Part shown: in pieces, positions 17,633 to 26,526 of the stretch
Position numbering within the stretch: the stretch's first letter is position 1
Layout of the letters: the number at the start of each line of letters is the position of its first letter
DNA from: Nanobdellota archaeon
GTDB taxonomy: Archaea; Nanobdellota; Nanobdellia; Woesearchaeales; JAHIVG01
Assembly (NCBI GenBank): GCA_043812875.1
Contig: JBDRLS010000103.1
Span: forward strand, 1 to 32,825
Direction: 5' to 3'
Length of the DNA: 32,825 nt
Program-made: the position numbers and the translations under genes
The notes under the pieces: generated by a model
Told to the model about the DNA's origin: nothing
What the model saw: the letters and a program-made list of their open reading frames with translations, nothing else
Database searches by the model: none

Positions 17633-18547
17633 CTATGCAAATAAATGCCGCCATTCTCTCACTGAGAGACGCTGTTTTCTCAGAAGTTTTCTGCGCTTTT
17701 CATAGATGACGAAGCGCTTTTTGTATGCAGCTTTCCATGCGTTTAGGATGACCCCTGCTTTCCCTTTGAGCAGGTATTTGAAGAAGATCGCTGCTTGGAG
17801 CGCGATGATAGGGATGCTGTATCTTATAAGGATGGCTGTTGGATAGTTCTTCCTGATGGTCCAGATACGGTTTCTCGTGCCGAGGAAGATGCTCTTGTCT
17901 GATCGCTTCATTGTGGCGCCGTGATCATGATGGACAATGGCCCTTGGCTGGGAGGCGCACTTCCACAGTCTTGAACGGGCTCGCAGACCGAGGTCGAGGT
18001 CTTCATAGTAGATGAAGAAGTCGCTGTCAAAATAGTCCCCGCCAAATTTGATCTCTTCGAGCACCTTCTTCCGGTAGAATGCAGCGCCGCCGCAGGGGCA
18101 TAGCGGCTTGTCCCGCGTCGTCTTGATGTCAGAAGAGAGCCCTGACGCCTTAAGCTTGATGCCATAGGTGTCGATGTCGCCATCGGGGAGAAGCATCTTC
18201 GGGGCGACCATGCCGACTCTTGTTTTCCCCTCGACTGACTGCATGAGATAGGTTAAGCATTCTGGATCGAGCATGGTGTCATTGTTGAGGATGAAGACGA
18301 AATCCCCTTTCGCTGCCTCGATGCCCTTGTTGTTCCCGGCGGCAAAGCCGAGGTTCTTCTGGAGCTGGATGATCCTGATGTTGGGAAAGGTGTTCTTGAC
18401 ATAATCCGAGGACCTGTCGACAGAGCCGTTGTCGACGAGGATGGTCTCGAAATTAGTATAGGTCTGGGCAAGGACTGAGGGGAGGCATCTCTCCAGAAGA
18501 TGCTTGCCGTTCCAATTCAAGACGATGACAGAGATTCGGGGACGCAT
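17633..18547 (-). CDS. Glycosyltransferase family 2 (WbbL/rhamnosyltransferase-like)
   Basis: IVLNWNG, VDNGSVD, NLGFAAGNN, LNNDT and FFIYYEDLDL; ATG 18547 lies 22 nt from TATA 18570-18577. Confidence 0.88.
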   Translation of the reverse strand: MRPRISVIVLNWNGKHLLERCLPSVLAQTYTNFETILVDNGSVDRSSDYVKNTFPNIRIIQLQKNLGFAAGNNKGIEAAKGDFVFILNNDTMLDPECLTYLMQSVEGKTRVGMVAPKMLLPDGDIDTYGIKLKASGLSSDIKTTRDKPLCPCGGAAFYRKKVLEEIKFGGDYFDSDFFIYYEDLDLGLRARSRLWKCASQPRAIVHHDHGATMKRSDKSIFLGTRNRIWTIRKNYPTAILIRYSIPIIALQAAIFFKYLLKGKAGVILNAWKAAYKKRFVIYEKRRKLLRKQRLSVREWRHLFA

Positions 18548-18621
18548 GACCACTTCAGAGGAGTAGGTGTATTAATACTTTTGGAAAAAGGTTTTTAAAC
18601 ATGTCATTTCTCTGTAATAGC

Positions 18622-19779
18622 ATGAAGATCCTTTTTTCCGCTGAAGACCTCTGGCCGTATGTCGGCGGGGCAGAAGTCGGCCTAGATGAGCTGCTTGAGG
18701 AATTAAGCAAGAAGCATGAAGTACATGCTGTCTGGGTGGGGGAGAAGAAAAAGAAGAATGCAGGCTATCATCAGCATCCACAGCCGCTGTCTACTGTTTA
18801 TCGTAATATCCCGGTCTTCAATCGGACATTGATAAGGCAGTATGCTGCTAATTTCAAATGGGAGAAGGTGCTGCAGAAGTATATTGATGAGATCAAGCCG
18901 GATTTGATCTTGACGCAGCTGCAGTTCATGCCTGGCTCTGTGAAGGCCGCGGTGAAGAATAGGATCAAGAGCGTGGCTTTTATCCAGAACTGGGAGCACT
19001 TCTGTCCGTATCTGTTCATGAACCATGATCCTGAACAGTGCCAGAAGGATTGCTTTTCGTATTGCCCGCCGGCGTATAAGATCCAGTGGCCTGTGGTGCA
19101 GCGGATCAGGAAGCTGCATACGTGGGGCTTCCGGCATTTGGACATGGTGTTCGGTGATTCGCAGTACTGCTGTGATGTGCTAAAAGAGTATACCGGAGTT
19201 ACTGGTCTGCCGTTCCATCCCATTGTGCATCTTGACAAATTTAAAATTGAGAAGAACAGCAAAGAGTTTGTCACCTTCATCAATCCCATCCTGACAAAGG
19301 GAATCACCACGGTGCTGAAGCTTGTCCGTCTCATGCCTGAAACAAAGTTCTTGGTCGTCGGCGGGGGGAATGTTACCGCTCAACCGTGGATCGAGAAAGT
19401 CCGGAAAGAGAAGAATGTAAGCTATATCCCTTGGGAGGATGACATGCGAAAGGTGTATGCCAAGACAAAGGTTTTGATCGTCCCTTCGACATGGCCTGAG
19501 CCTTTCGGCAGGATCTGCCTTGAAGCGCAGATCAATAGGATTCCGGTTGTTGCTTCAAAGCGAGGTGGATTGCCGGAAGCGGTTGGCGAAGGAGGAATCT
19601 TGGTTGAAGATTATAAGGATGCAAAGGCGTGGAAAGAAGCACTTGTTTCTCTTGATGATCCGAAAGTGTATCAGGAGATGAGCATGCTCGCGGCGTTGCA
19701 TGCTGAAGGATTCACCTTTGCAAAGCAGTTCTCTTATTTCACGAAGACGTTGAAGGATCGTGGATTGTATCGAGAATAG
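18622..19779 (+). CDS. Glycosyltransferase family 4
   Basis: GGAE, INP..TKG, PEPFGRICLEA (E-x7-E) and GGLPE; TATA 18592-18599. Confidence 0.9.
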   Translation: MKILFSAEDLWPYVGGAEVGLDELLEELSKKHEVHAVWVGEKKKKNAGYHQHPQPLSTVYRNIPVFNRTLIRQYAANFKWEKVLQKYIDEIKPDLILTQLQFMPGSVKAAVKNRIKSVAFIQNWEHFCPYLFMNHDPEQCQKDCFSYCPPAYKIQWPVVQRIRKLHTWGFRHLDMVFGDSQYCCDVLKEYTGVTGLPFHPIVHLDKFKIEKNSKEFVTFINPILTKGITTVLKLVRLMPETKFLVVGGGNVTAQPWIEKVRKEKNVSYIPWEDDMRKVYAKTKVLIVPSTWPEPFGRICLEAQINRIPVVASKRGGLPEAVGEGGILVEDYKDAKAWKEALVSLDDPKVYQEMSMLAALHAEGFTFAKQFSYFTKTLKDRGLYRE

Positions 19780-19819
19780 ATTCCCAAGTTTTATAAATCC
19801 AAAAGATACATGAGAAGCC

Positions 19820-20623
19820 ATGGCATCCCGCTTCGGTTCTGCAAGGAATGCATATGAAAAGAATGATCTTGAGCTTTCTCGCCGTGCGCATACTTCAGGA
19901 GTAATCAAGAAACATGTCCACCCAGAGGAGCATGGGGATGAGAAGAGCCAGTATCTGGGCGAGTTTGTCTACGGGGCGATCGATGGTGCGGTCACAACGT
20001 TTGCAGTGGTTGCTGGGGCGACGGGAGCGGCGCTCTCTTCAGGTGTGGTCATCATCCTCGGCTTCGCCAACCTGATTGCAGATGGTTTCTCCATGGCTGT
20101 GGGCAATTTCATAAGCGAGCGCACCCAGAGGGATTTTATCAGGAAGGAACGTACTCGGGAAGAATGGGAGGTCGACCATGTGCCCGAAGGGGAACGGGAG
20201 GAGATAAGGGAGATCTTCCGGAAGAAAGGATTCAAGGGAAAAGAGTTAGAGCGTGTTGTTGAGGTTATCACTTCGGATAAGAAAGTGTGGGTCGATACCA
20301 TGATGGTGGACGAGCTTGGATTATTAGAGAGCCAGAAGAGCCCGTGGAAGAGTGCAGGGGCGACTTATTTCGGATTCATCCTGATCGGTCTTATCCCGCT
20401 GCTGTCTTATGTTGTTTCCGCTTTTTTTCCTCTGCCGAATCCATTCTTTATAGCGATCATCTTGACAGGGATTGCGCTGTTTGCAGTGGGCGCAGTGAAA
20501 CGGTTTGTCACCAAGACCAGCTTGTGGAAGTCAGCGTTTGAGACAGTGTTCATCGGAGGGGCGGCTGCGGTCATTGCGTATTACGTCGGGTTCTTCCTGA
20601 GATGGGTCGTGACAGTAGCTTAA
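19820..20623 (+). CDS. VIT1/CCC1 family Fe/Mn transporter
   Basis: VYGAIDGAVTTFAVVAG, GFANLIADGFSMA, Glu-rich insert (REEWE..EGEREE) and MMVDELG; TATA 19790-19797. Confidence 0.92.
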   Translation: MASRFGSARNAYEKNDLELSRRAHTSGVIKKHVHPEEHGDEKSQYLGEFVYGAIDGAVTTFAVVAGATGAALSSGVVIILGFANLIADGFSMAVGNFISERTQRDFIRKERTREEWEVDHVPEGEREEIREIFRKKGFKGKELERVVEVITSDKKVWVDTMMVDELGLLESQKSPWKSAGATYFGFILIGLIPLLSYVVSAFFPLPNPFFIAIILTGIALFAVGAVKRFVTKTSLWKSAFETVFIGGAAAVIAYYVGFFLRWVVTVA

Positions 20624-20700
20624 TTGATATGAGTCCACGATTTAGTTAGACAGGGAACTTGATAGAAAAGTTTATAATTTTCTAAATATTATCATGGCTT

Positions 20701-21129
20701 ATGATAACCTTTCAGTCATTGAATCTAGAAAAATATCAATATGAACCACAATATATATCCTATCTGTCCTCACTTAATAAATTTTTAACAAACTTCTTGC
20801 CCAAAATTAAACATACTCATGTGTTTTTGACTGGGTCGTTTATTAAAGGAAAGTTGCATGAAGGTTCTGATTTGGATTTAGATATTGTTCATCCGGATAT
20901 CAAAGAAACAGAAGTAATAAAAATAAATATTGACGGTGTCAATATTGAATATGCGACCTTTTCTTTAAAAATGATTGAAAAAAAAATTAGTGGAGAAATT
21001 CATTATGATCATCCGGACTTATTGGCTAATGCAGTTTCTCATTGGAAAATGATTGCAGGAGATTATTTCCCAAGTGAATTGGTTGATAAAGAGAGAAGAT
21101 TTAAAAAAATAAGTTCTCTGTGTCCCTAG
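20701..21129 (+). CDS. Pol-beta superfamily nucleotidyltransferase domain protein (MNT-like)
   Basis: FLTGSFIKG..EGSDLDL matches hGS..SDxD; TATA 20671-20678; visibly AT-rich compared with flanks. Confidence 0.75.
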   Translation: MITFQSLNLEKYQYEPQYISYLSSLNKFLTNFLPKIKHTHVFLTGSFIKGKLHEGSDLDLDIVHPDIKETEVIKINIDGVNIEYATFSLKMIEKKISGEIHYDHPDLLANAVSHWKMIAGDYFPSELVDKERRFKKISSLCP

Positions 21130-21265
21130 TGATATTGGATATGTCATCGGTTACACAAGATTATATAGGTAAGAATGACGCAGTTCCCCTTTGACGTAAA
21201 TGATGAATGTATTCTCTGAAAGAACAGGTGTGTTGAATGATAGGGGTTCGCGGAAGCTGTGAAAC

Positions 21266-22678
21266 TCACACTTTCGCCATTGATTCAAACACAGACTTTG
21301 CCATGCCCGGGCCGCGGACGAAGACAAGCTTTGCTAGGCCTTTGATGCCGGACTCTTGGTAGATCATGCGGATATACTTCTTGTATTCCCCTGAGGTGAT
21401 CGCCTTTCGGTAGGTGGAGATCTGGCCGAGATCATAGATCTCTTTGAGGTCTTCGAATTTGACACCGGGATAATTCAAGGTCGCATTCTGCAGGCCATCA
21501 AACGTGTCCCAGTTCTGGGCTTCGAGCCAGCCTTCCTGCACAGCCTCGTCATAAAGCGGGGTTCCTGGGAAAGGTATCGTCAGCGAGATTTGGTAAGAAT
21601 CACCATGTTTCAATGCGAAGCGAAGGGTGTCTCTTGCAGATTCCAAGGTCTCCCCTGGAAGGCCAATTGTGTAGGTGCAATGGGTCCGGATGCCGAGTTC
21701 CTTGCACGCCTTGAGTGTTTTCGTGATGAGCTTGACATTGGTGCCCTTCTGCAACCGCTTGAGGACTTCATCATTCGGGCTTTCGACGCCGAATTTGAGG
21801 GCGACGAGGTTTGATTTCTTCAGGAGCTCGAGGGTCTCCCTAGTTATCGCAGTATGGCCCATGGCAGACCACTCTAGGTCTGGAAGCTGTGCTGCTTTGA
21901 GGCGGGCCAGCTCTTGAAGCATCAGCGGCTTGCCATTGATCATATCATCATCAAAGTAGGCTTCCTTTGGATTGTATTTCTCGACCACGAATTTCATCTC
22001 GTCGATGATGTTCTGCGGATTTCGGAACCTATAGTTCCTGCCGTTGAACATGCGGAAGATATTGCAGAATGAGCAGCGGAACATGCAACCCCTTGATGCC
22101 TGGAACTGGACATTCGGATAGTTGTCGCAGAATGACTCATTATACTTGCTCATGTCGAAGAGATGCCGGGCTGGCCAGGGGATGGAGTCAATGGGCGCGA
22201 GCTTTTCCTGGCGGATGATCTTTTCATTTCGTCTCCCCTGCAAAAGATCAAGAAGCGTGAACTCGAATTCTGCAACCAGGACATGATCTATGAAAGCATT
22301 CTTCGCCACGTGTTCGGGAAGAGCAGAGGGGTGTTGCCCTGTTGCAATGATCCTGCATCCAAGCTGGGCCTTGAGGTCTTTGAGAATTTGGATGTCATTC
22401 GCGTAAGAAGGAGTGGAGATCTCGCAGACCAGTACATCTGGATGGAATGCTTTGAGTTGCCGCAAGAACTCTTCCTCAGTGAGATGATGGGTAAGCGCAT
22501 CAATGACCTTGACAGGATGGCCTGCGGCCTCAACAGCGGCAGCGGCAGTGGCCATGAAGAAAGGGAATGGTCGAAAGCTCACGATAGGGATCTTGTCTGA
22601 GGTATGTGCCCAACGCACTCCTGCGCGAGCGGCATAACGTTTCCCTCTCCAAGGCAGATCTACGAAGACGACACGCAT
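21266..22678 (-). CDS. Cobalamin-binding radical SAM protein
   Basis: SRGCMFRCSFC (CxxxCxxC), YFDDD, GVES, IGLPGET and PFPGT; N-terminal B12-binding-like domain with GQHPS; TATA 22701-22708. Confidence 0.88.
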   Translation of the reverse strand: MRVVFVDLPWRGKRYAARAGVRWAHTSDKIPIVSFRPFPFFMATAAAAVEAAGHPVKVIDALTHHLTEEEFLRQLKAFHPDVLVCEISTPSYANDIQILKDLKAQLGCRIIATGQHPSALPEHVAKNAFIDHVLVAEFEFTLLDLLQGRRNEKIIRQEKLAPIDSIPWPARHLFDMSKYNESFCDNYPNVQFQASRGCMFRCSFCNIFRMFNGRNYRFRNPQNIIDEMKFVVEKYNPKEAYFDDDMINGKPLMLQELARLKAAQLPDLEWSAMGHTAITRETLELLKKSNLVALKFGVESPNDEVLKRLQKGTNVKLITKTLKACKELGIRTHCTYTIGLPGETLESARDTLRFALKHGDSYQISLTIPFPGTPLYDEAVQEGWLEAQNWDTFDGLQNATLNYPGVKFEDLKEIYDLGQISTYRKAITSGEYKKYIRMIYQESGIKGLAKLVFVRGPGMAKSVFESMAKV

Positions 22679-22777
22679 ATGATGACCAACTTCAGGGGGT
22701 TATTTAAAGGTTTCTGCTCAAACATGCCCTGTCCGGCGCCCATAGATTTTTAAATCAAGCAAGAATTATGAAAACAC

Positions 22778-24583
22778 ATGCATGTCGTCCTTATCACGCC
22801 AAAAGGGAATATCAAGATAGCGCTTGATCAAGATGCACAAGGGAAATCAATCGGTGATTATGCGACCGCACAATTGAATGATGAATGCGTCGCTGCATTC
22901 AAGGAGCTCTCGCGTACCGCTGTTGAGGGAAAGCAGATACGGGAGAAATTCTGTATTGATGGCTTGTCCTTCTGGTGGATCATGGAGGACTGGCTCTGGG
23001 ATAGCTTTGCCTTTCGCCATCGATTCAAGGATGTCTTCCAAGCCATTGCGCTCTTCGACGAGATGATCAAATGTGAGAAGCCTTCAGCGATCACCTACTT
23101 CGGACAGGATAGCATGCATCATGCTGTTCTCAAAGAAGTGTGCAAATCAAATGGGATCACGTTCAAGGCCAAGCTCTCCATAAAAGAGGGGCCACGGCAA
23201 AGGATGTTGATGATCTCGGCGTTCTTTACATTGCGCTTCATTCTCAGAAAGAGCTACAGCTTCTTCCTTCCTGATAAACGCATCACCAAGGGAGGGGTCA
23301 TGGCATTTCCGCCCCATCATTGGAAAAAGGTCTTCGATCCAGGGAAGAAAGCGTTCATTACCGGAGACCCTTATACAACTCCGACCATGAACATCATCAG
23401 CAAGACCACTCCTGCGATATCTGTGGAGTTTCCGGCTGAGCATTCCAAGGAATTCGGATTTTGGCGGATGAAAACAAAATCCCGGCTTGATGGACATCTC
23501 CTCTTTGAACGCCATCTGAGATGGAATGACTTCCTTGAAGCGCACGCGAAGGCACGTTTACTGGAGAAAGAGGCACTCACTGTCTCAAAGGCGCAAAAAA
23601 ACGCGCGCTTCAAAGGAGTCCATTACTGGGCAATCTGTGTACCTCAGTTCATCTCCTACTTCCGCTACCGCCTCCCCAGCCATGTCCTGATGTTCCTCGG
23701 GATCCGCAGGCTTCTCAATGCATACAATCCTCGTGCGGTCTTCTTCTCAGCAGAAACAGGAGACCTTGGGAAAATCATCTTCTTCCTCTCTTCAAGGAAA
23801 GGAATCCCCAGCATCGCTATGCAGCACGGCATCATCACAGATTCCATGAGGGTCATGAGGGAGAAGAATGATGGATGCCCCCTTCCTGAGATGACTTGCC
23901 TGTACGGTGACCAGGATAAGGAATACCTTGTCAGATCATGCCATTATCCTCCTGGAAAAGTCAAGGTCATCGGCAATCAACGCAATGATGTCTTCGCTTT
24001 CAAGGAACTGTTCGACATCCCCAAGATAAAGGAAGAACTTGGTGTCAAAGGAAAGACGGTTGTTCTCGCCACACAAGAGATCCCTGATGAACAACTGCGT
24101 CGTGCGTATATCCTTGAAACGTGCAAGGCATTAGCACCGTTTCCGGTCGAGGTCATCATCAAGGTGCATCCTGCTGAAGATATAAGTTATTATCAAGAGC
24201 TGGTGTCGGCAAGCCCTTTGAAGAACGTCAAGATAATCAAAGAGTATGATATCACTCAGGCTATCGCAGCCTCAGATCTGGTCATCATCTACACATCGAC
24301 CGTGGGGATGGATGCCCTCATTCTCGACAAGGCATTGCTTGTGGTGAATCTTTCTGGAATGCCAGATCATGTCGGATATGCAAAAGAAGAGGCTGCTCTT
24401 GGTGCAAGGACTCCTGAAGAGATCAGTTTGCAGCTCAAGCGATGGATGAAGGGACTGCCTCCTGAGTTTGCAGAACAGAGAAAAGCCTTTGTTGCCAAGA
24501 GCTGCCATAAGATTGATGGGAAATCCACTGAAAGACTTGCTGAAACAATCCTTCACTATGTAAAACAGAAGAAAGTACGGTAA
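22778..24583 (+). CDS. Surface-carbohydrate biosynthesis protein, GT-B fold; candidate ulosonic-acid transferase
   Basis: MQHG, GNQRND, IKVHPAE, STVGMDA and DGKSTER, as in TagF/capsule-synthesis/sialyltransferase-like proteins; directly upstream of neuB. Confidence 0.6.
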   Translation: MHVVLITPKGNIKIALDQDAQGKSIGDYATAQLNDECVAAFKELSRTAVEGKQIREKFCIDGLSFWWIMEDWLWDSFAFRHRFKDVFQAIALFDEMIKCEKPSAITYFGQDSMHHAVLKEVCKSNGITFKAKLSIKEGPRQRMLMISAFFTLRFILRKSYSFFLPDKRITKGGVMAFPPHHWKKVFDPGKKAFITGDPYTTPTMNIISKTTPAISVEFPAEHSKEFGFWRMKTKSRLDGHLLFERHLRWNDFLEAHAKARLLEKEALTVSKAQKNARFKGVHYWAICVPQFISYFRYRLPSHVLMFLGIRRLLNAYNPRAVFFSAETGDLGKIIFFLSSRKGIPSIAMQHGIITDSMRVMREKNDGCPLPEMTCLYGDQDKEYLVRSCHYPPGKVKVIGNQRNDVFAFKELFDIPKIKEELGVKGKTVVLATQEIPDEQLRRAYILETCKALAPFPVEVIIKVHPAEDISYYQELVSASPLKNVKIIKEYDITQAIAASDLVIIYTSTVGMDALILDKALLVVNLSGMPDHVGYAKEEAALGARTPEEISLQLKRWMKGLPPEFAEQRKAFVAKSCHKIDGKSTERLAETILHYVKQKKVR

Positions 24584-24626
24584 TTCCAGTAAATTTGCCT
24601 AAAAATCATTAAAAAAAATAGATAAT

Positions 24627-24674
24627 CTTAAATATGGCATACAAATTGTACGGTACAATCGATCATGAGGTGAT
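24627..24674 (+). promoter_or_regulatory. Promoter of the neuB operon with overlapping palindromes (candidate operator) and SD
   Basis: TATA CTTAAATA 24627-24634; TACAA-A-TTGTA 24640-24650; ATTGTAC-G-GTACAAT 24645-24659; SD GAGGTGAT 24667-24674. Confidence 0.65.
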
Positions 24675-24678
24675 CACC

Positions 24679-25707
24679 ATGCCAAAAGAAGGATTTGACT
24701 CAATAACCATATCTGAAGAGCTCAGCACAAAGATCTCTCAATATCTCGGGGAAAACGAAGGCATAATACCCAATAAGTCACAGGCCATTGCGCATGCATG
24801 GCAGCTATTCGAGCACATCTCCCAGCAGGAGAAGAACCCGAAACCCGTCAGGATCGGAAACCGGCTTGTCGGACCGAATGAAGCGCCATTCCTTATCGCT
24901 GAAGTGGGGATCAACCACAATGGCGATGTTGAACTTGCGAAGAAGCTGATAGACCTCGCGGCAAAATATGGATGGGATGCAGTCAAGTTCCAGAAGCGGA
25001 CCATTGATAAGGTATACACCAAGGAAGAGCTTGCAAAGCCAAGGGAAAATCCTTTTGGCGCCACGAACGGCGACCTGAAGAGAGGACTTGAATTTGATGA
25101 GAAAGCATACAAAGAGATCGATATGTACTGCAAGGAGAAGGGTGTCATGTGGTTTGCCTCACCGTGGGACCTGGATAGTGTCGACTTCCTTGAAAAGTTC
25201 CAAGTGCCGTGCTATAAAGTGGGATCACCTAGCCTTACTGACATAAAGCTTCTCCTGAAGATCAAGGAGACGGGAAAGCCTGTCGTCCTCTCGACAGGCA
25301 TGAGCACCATGAAACAGATTCATGAAGCGGTCAGGATCCTCGGAGAGGAGAACGTCATCTTGATGCAATGCACTTCGACATATCCATGTGAACCGCACGA
25401 ACTTGACCTCCATGTGATTACCACATTCAGGAAGACCTTCAACTGCCCGATCGGCTACAGCGGACATGAAATAAACCCCTATCCGAGCATCGTCGCTGTA
25501 GGTCTTGGAGCATGCGCCATTGAGAGGCACATCACCCTTGACAGGTCCATGTTCGGCAGCGACCAGGCAGCGAGCCTTGAAGCGAGGGGCATGGAGCTCG
25601 TCGCCAAGTGCAGACAAGTGCCATCTTTCATGGGCAGCAAGAAGAAAAGGGTCTTCGACAGTGAGATCCCTATCATGAAAAAGCTCAGGAAGGTGACTGA
25701 CTTTTGA
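24679..25707 (+). CDS. neuB: NeuB-family ulosonic acid (9-phosphate) synthase with an N-terminal RHH-like extension and no C-terminal SAF domain
   Basis: IAEVGINHNGD, AVKFQKRT, LSTGMST, GYSGHE and IERHITLDR..GSD; N-terminus MPKEGFDSITISEEL..NKSQAI; start fixed by the SD. Confidence 0.9.
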   Translation: MPKEGFDSITISEELSTKISQYLGENEGIIPNKSQAIAHAWQLFEHISQQEKNPKPVRIGNRLVGPNEAPFLIAEVGINHNGDVELAKKLIDLAAKYGWDAVKFQKRTIDKVYTKEELAKPRENPFGATNGDLKRGLEFDEKAYKEIDMYCKEKGVMWFASPWDLDSVDFLEKFQVPCYKVGSPSLTDIKLLLKIKETGKPVVLSTGMSTMKQIHEAVRILGEENVILMQCTSTYPCEPHELDLHVITTFRKTFNCPIGYSGHEINPYPSIVAVGLGACAIERHITLDRSMFGSDQAASLEARGMELVAKCRQVPSFMGSKKKRVFDSEIPIMKKLRKVTDF

Positions 25708-26522
25708 TCCCGATCGGCATCATGCAAGGCAGGCTCTCCAAGCCGAAGGATAGGTTCCAGTGCTTTCCGTGGAACAGCTGGCGAGAGGAGTTCCCGCTGG
25801 CAGCTGAAGCAGGGTTCTCATGCATCGAATGGATCTATGAGCAGCCGCATGAGGAAGAGAACCCTCTGGGAACTGATGAGGGCTGTGAAGAGATAAGACA
25901 GCTATCCGTCCAGCATGGAGTGAAGATCCAATCGATCTGCGCAGACTATTACATGACCAATCTCCTCCTGGATAAGGAAGGTAAGGTCGATGAAGAGATG
26001 AAGAAGCACCTCATCTGGCTCATCGGCCGTGCAAGCAAGCTGAAGATGAAGTATATCATCCTTCCGTTCGTGGACCCCTCTTCGGTTGTCGGGCTCCCGC
26101 TGGAAGGCTTGATAGAACTCCTTTTCTCGCTCAAGGACATCCTTGAGCAGCATTCGCTTGAGATCCATCTCGAGACAGATCTTCCGCCGAAAGAGCTCGC
26201 AGCAGTCCTCCAGAAGGTTGATCATCCTCTCATCAAAGCAAACTTAGATACGGGCAACAGTGCATCTCTGGGTTTTGACGCTGAAGAAGAACTCAATGCC
26301 ATCGGACCTCACCTGGGGAGTGTGCATATCAAGGACAGGATCCTCAATGGAGGGACTGTCCCGCTCGGCAAGGGAGACACGGATTTCAAGACGTATTTCA
26401 GGCTGTTGAAGGATATCGGCTTCCCAGGACCGCTGATCCTCCAGACAGCCCGGGATGAGACATGCAGCGAGCTTGAACTCGCTCAGCAGAACATCGCCTT
26501 CGTCAGGAAGGGATGGGGGTAG
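25704..26522 (+). CDS. Sugar-phosphate isomerase/epimerase (xylose-isomerase-like TIM barrel)
   Basis: GIMQGRLS, LETD, DTGNSAS and VHIKDR..GGTVPLGKGD; TTG start overlaps the neuB stop. Confidence 0.8.
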   Translation: MIPIGIMQGRLSKPKDRFQCFPWNSWREEFPLAAEAGFSCIEWIYEQPHEEENPLGTDEGCEEIRQLSVQHGVKIQSICADYYMTNLLLDKEGKVDEEMKKHLIWLIGRASKLKMKYIILPFVDPSSVVGLPLEGLIELLFSLKDILEQHSLEIHLETDLPPKELAAVLQKVDHPLIKANLDTGNSASLGFDAEEELNAIGPHLGSVHIKDRILNGGTVPLGKGDTDFKTYFRLLKDIGFPGPLILQTARDETCSELELAQQNIAFVRKGWG

Positions 26523-26526
26523 ACCT

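Noticed and set aside
17508-17654. Long N-terminal extensions in the ORF track (starts 17654, 804, 4128, 4649, 11222, 24634, 26455, 27150, 29333)
   Set aside because: TATA spacing, SD position or stop-start overlaps point to downstream ATGs; the extensions run through promoters or neighbouring genes
20652-21190. GGGAACT / AGTTCCC inverted pair around the AT-rich gene as possible IS ends
   Set aside because: Only 7 bp, not at the composition boundaries, with no transposase or target-site duplication
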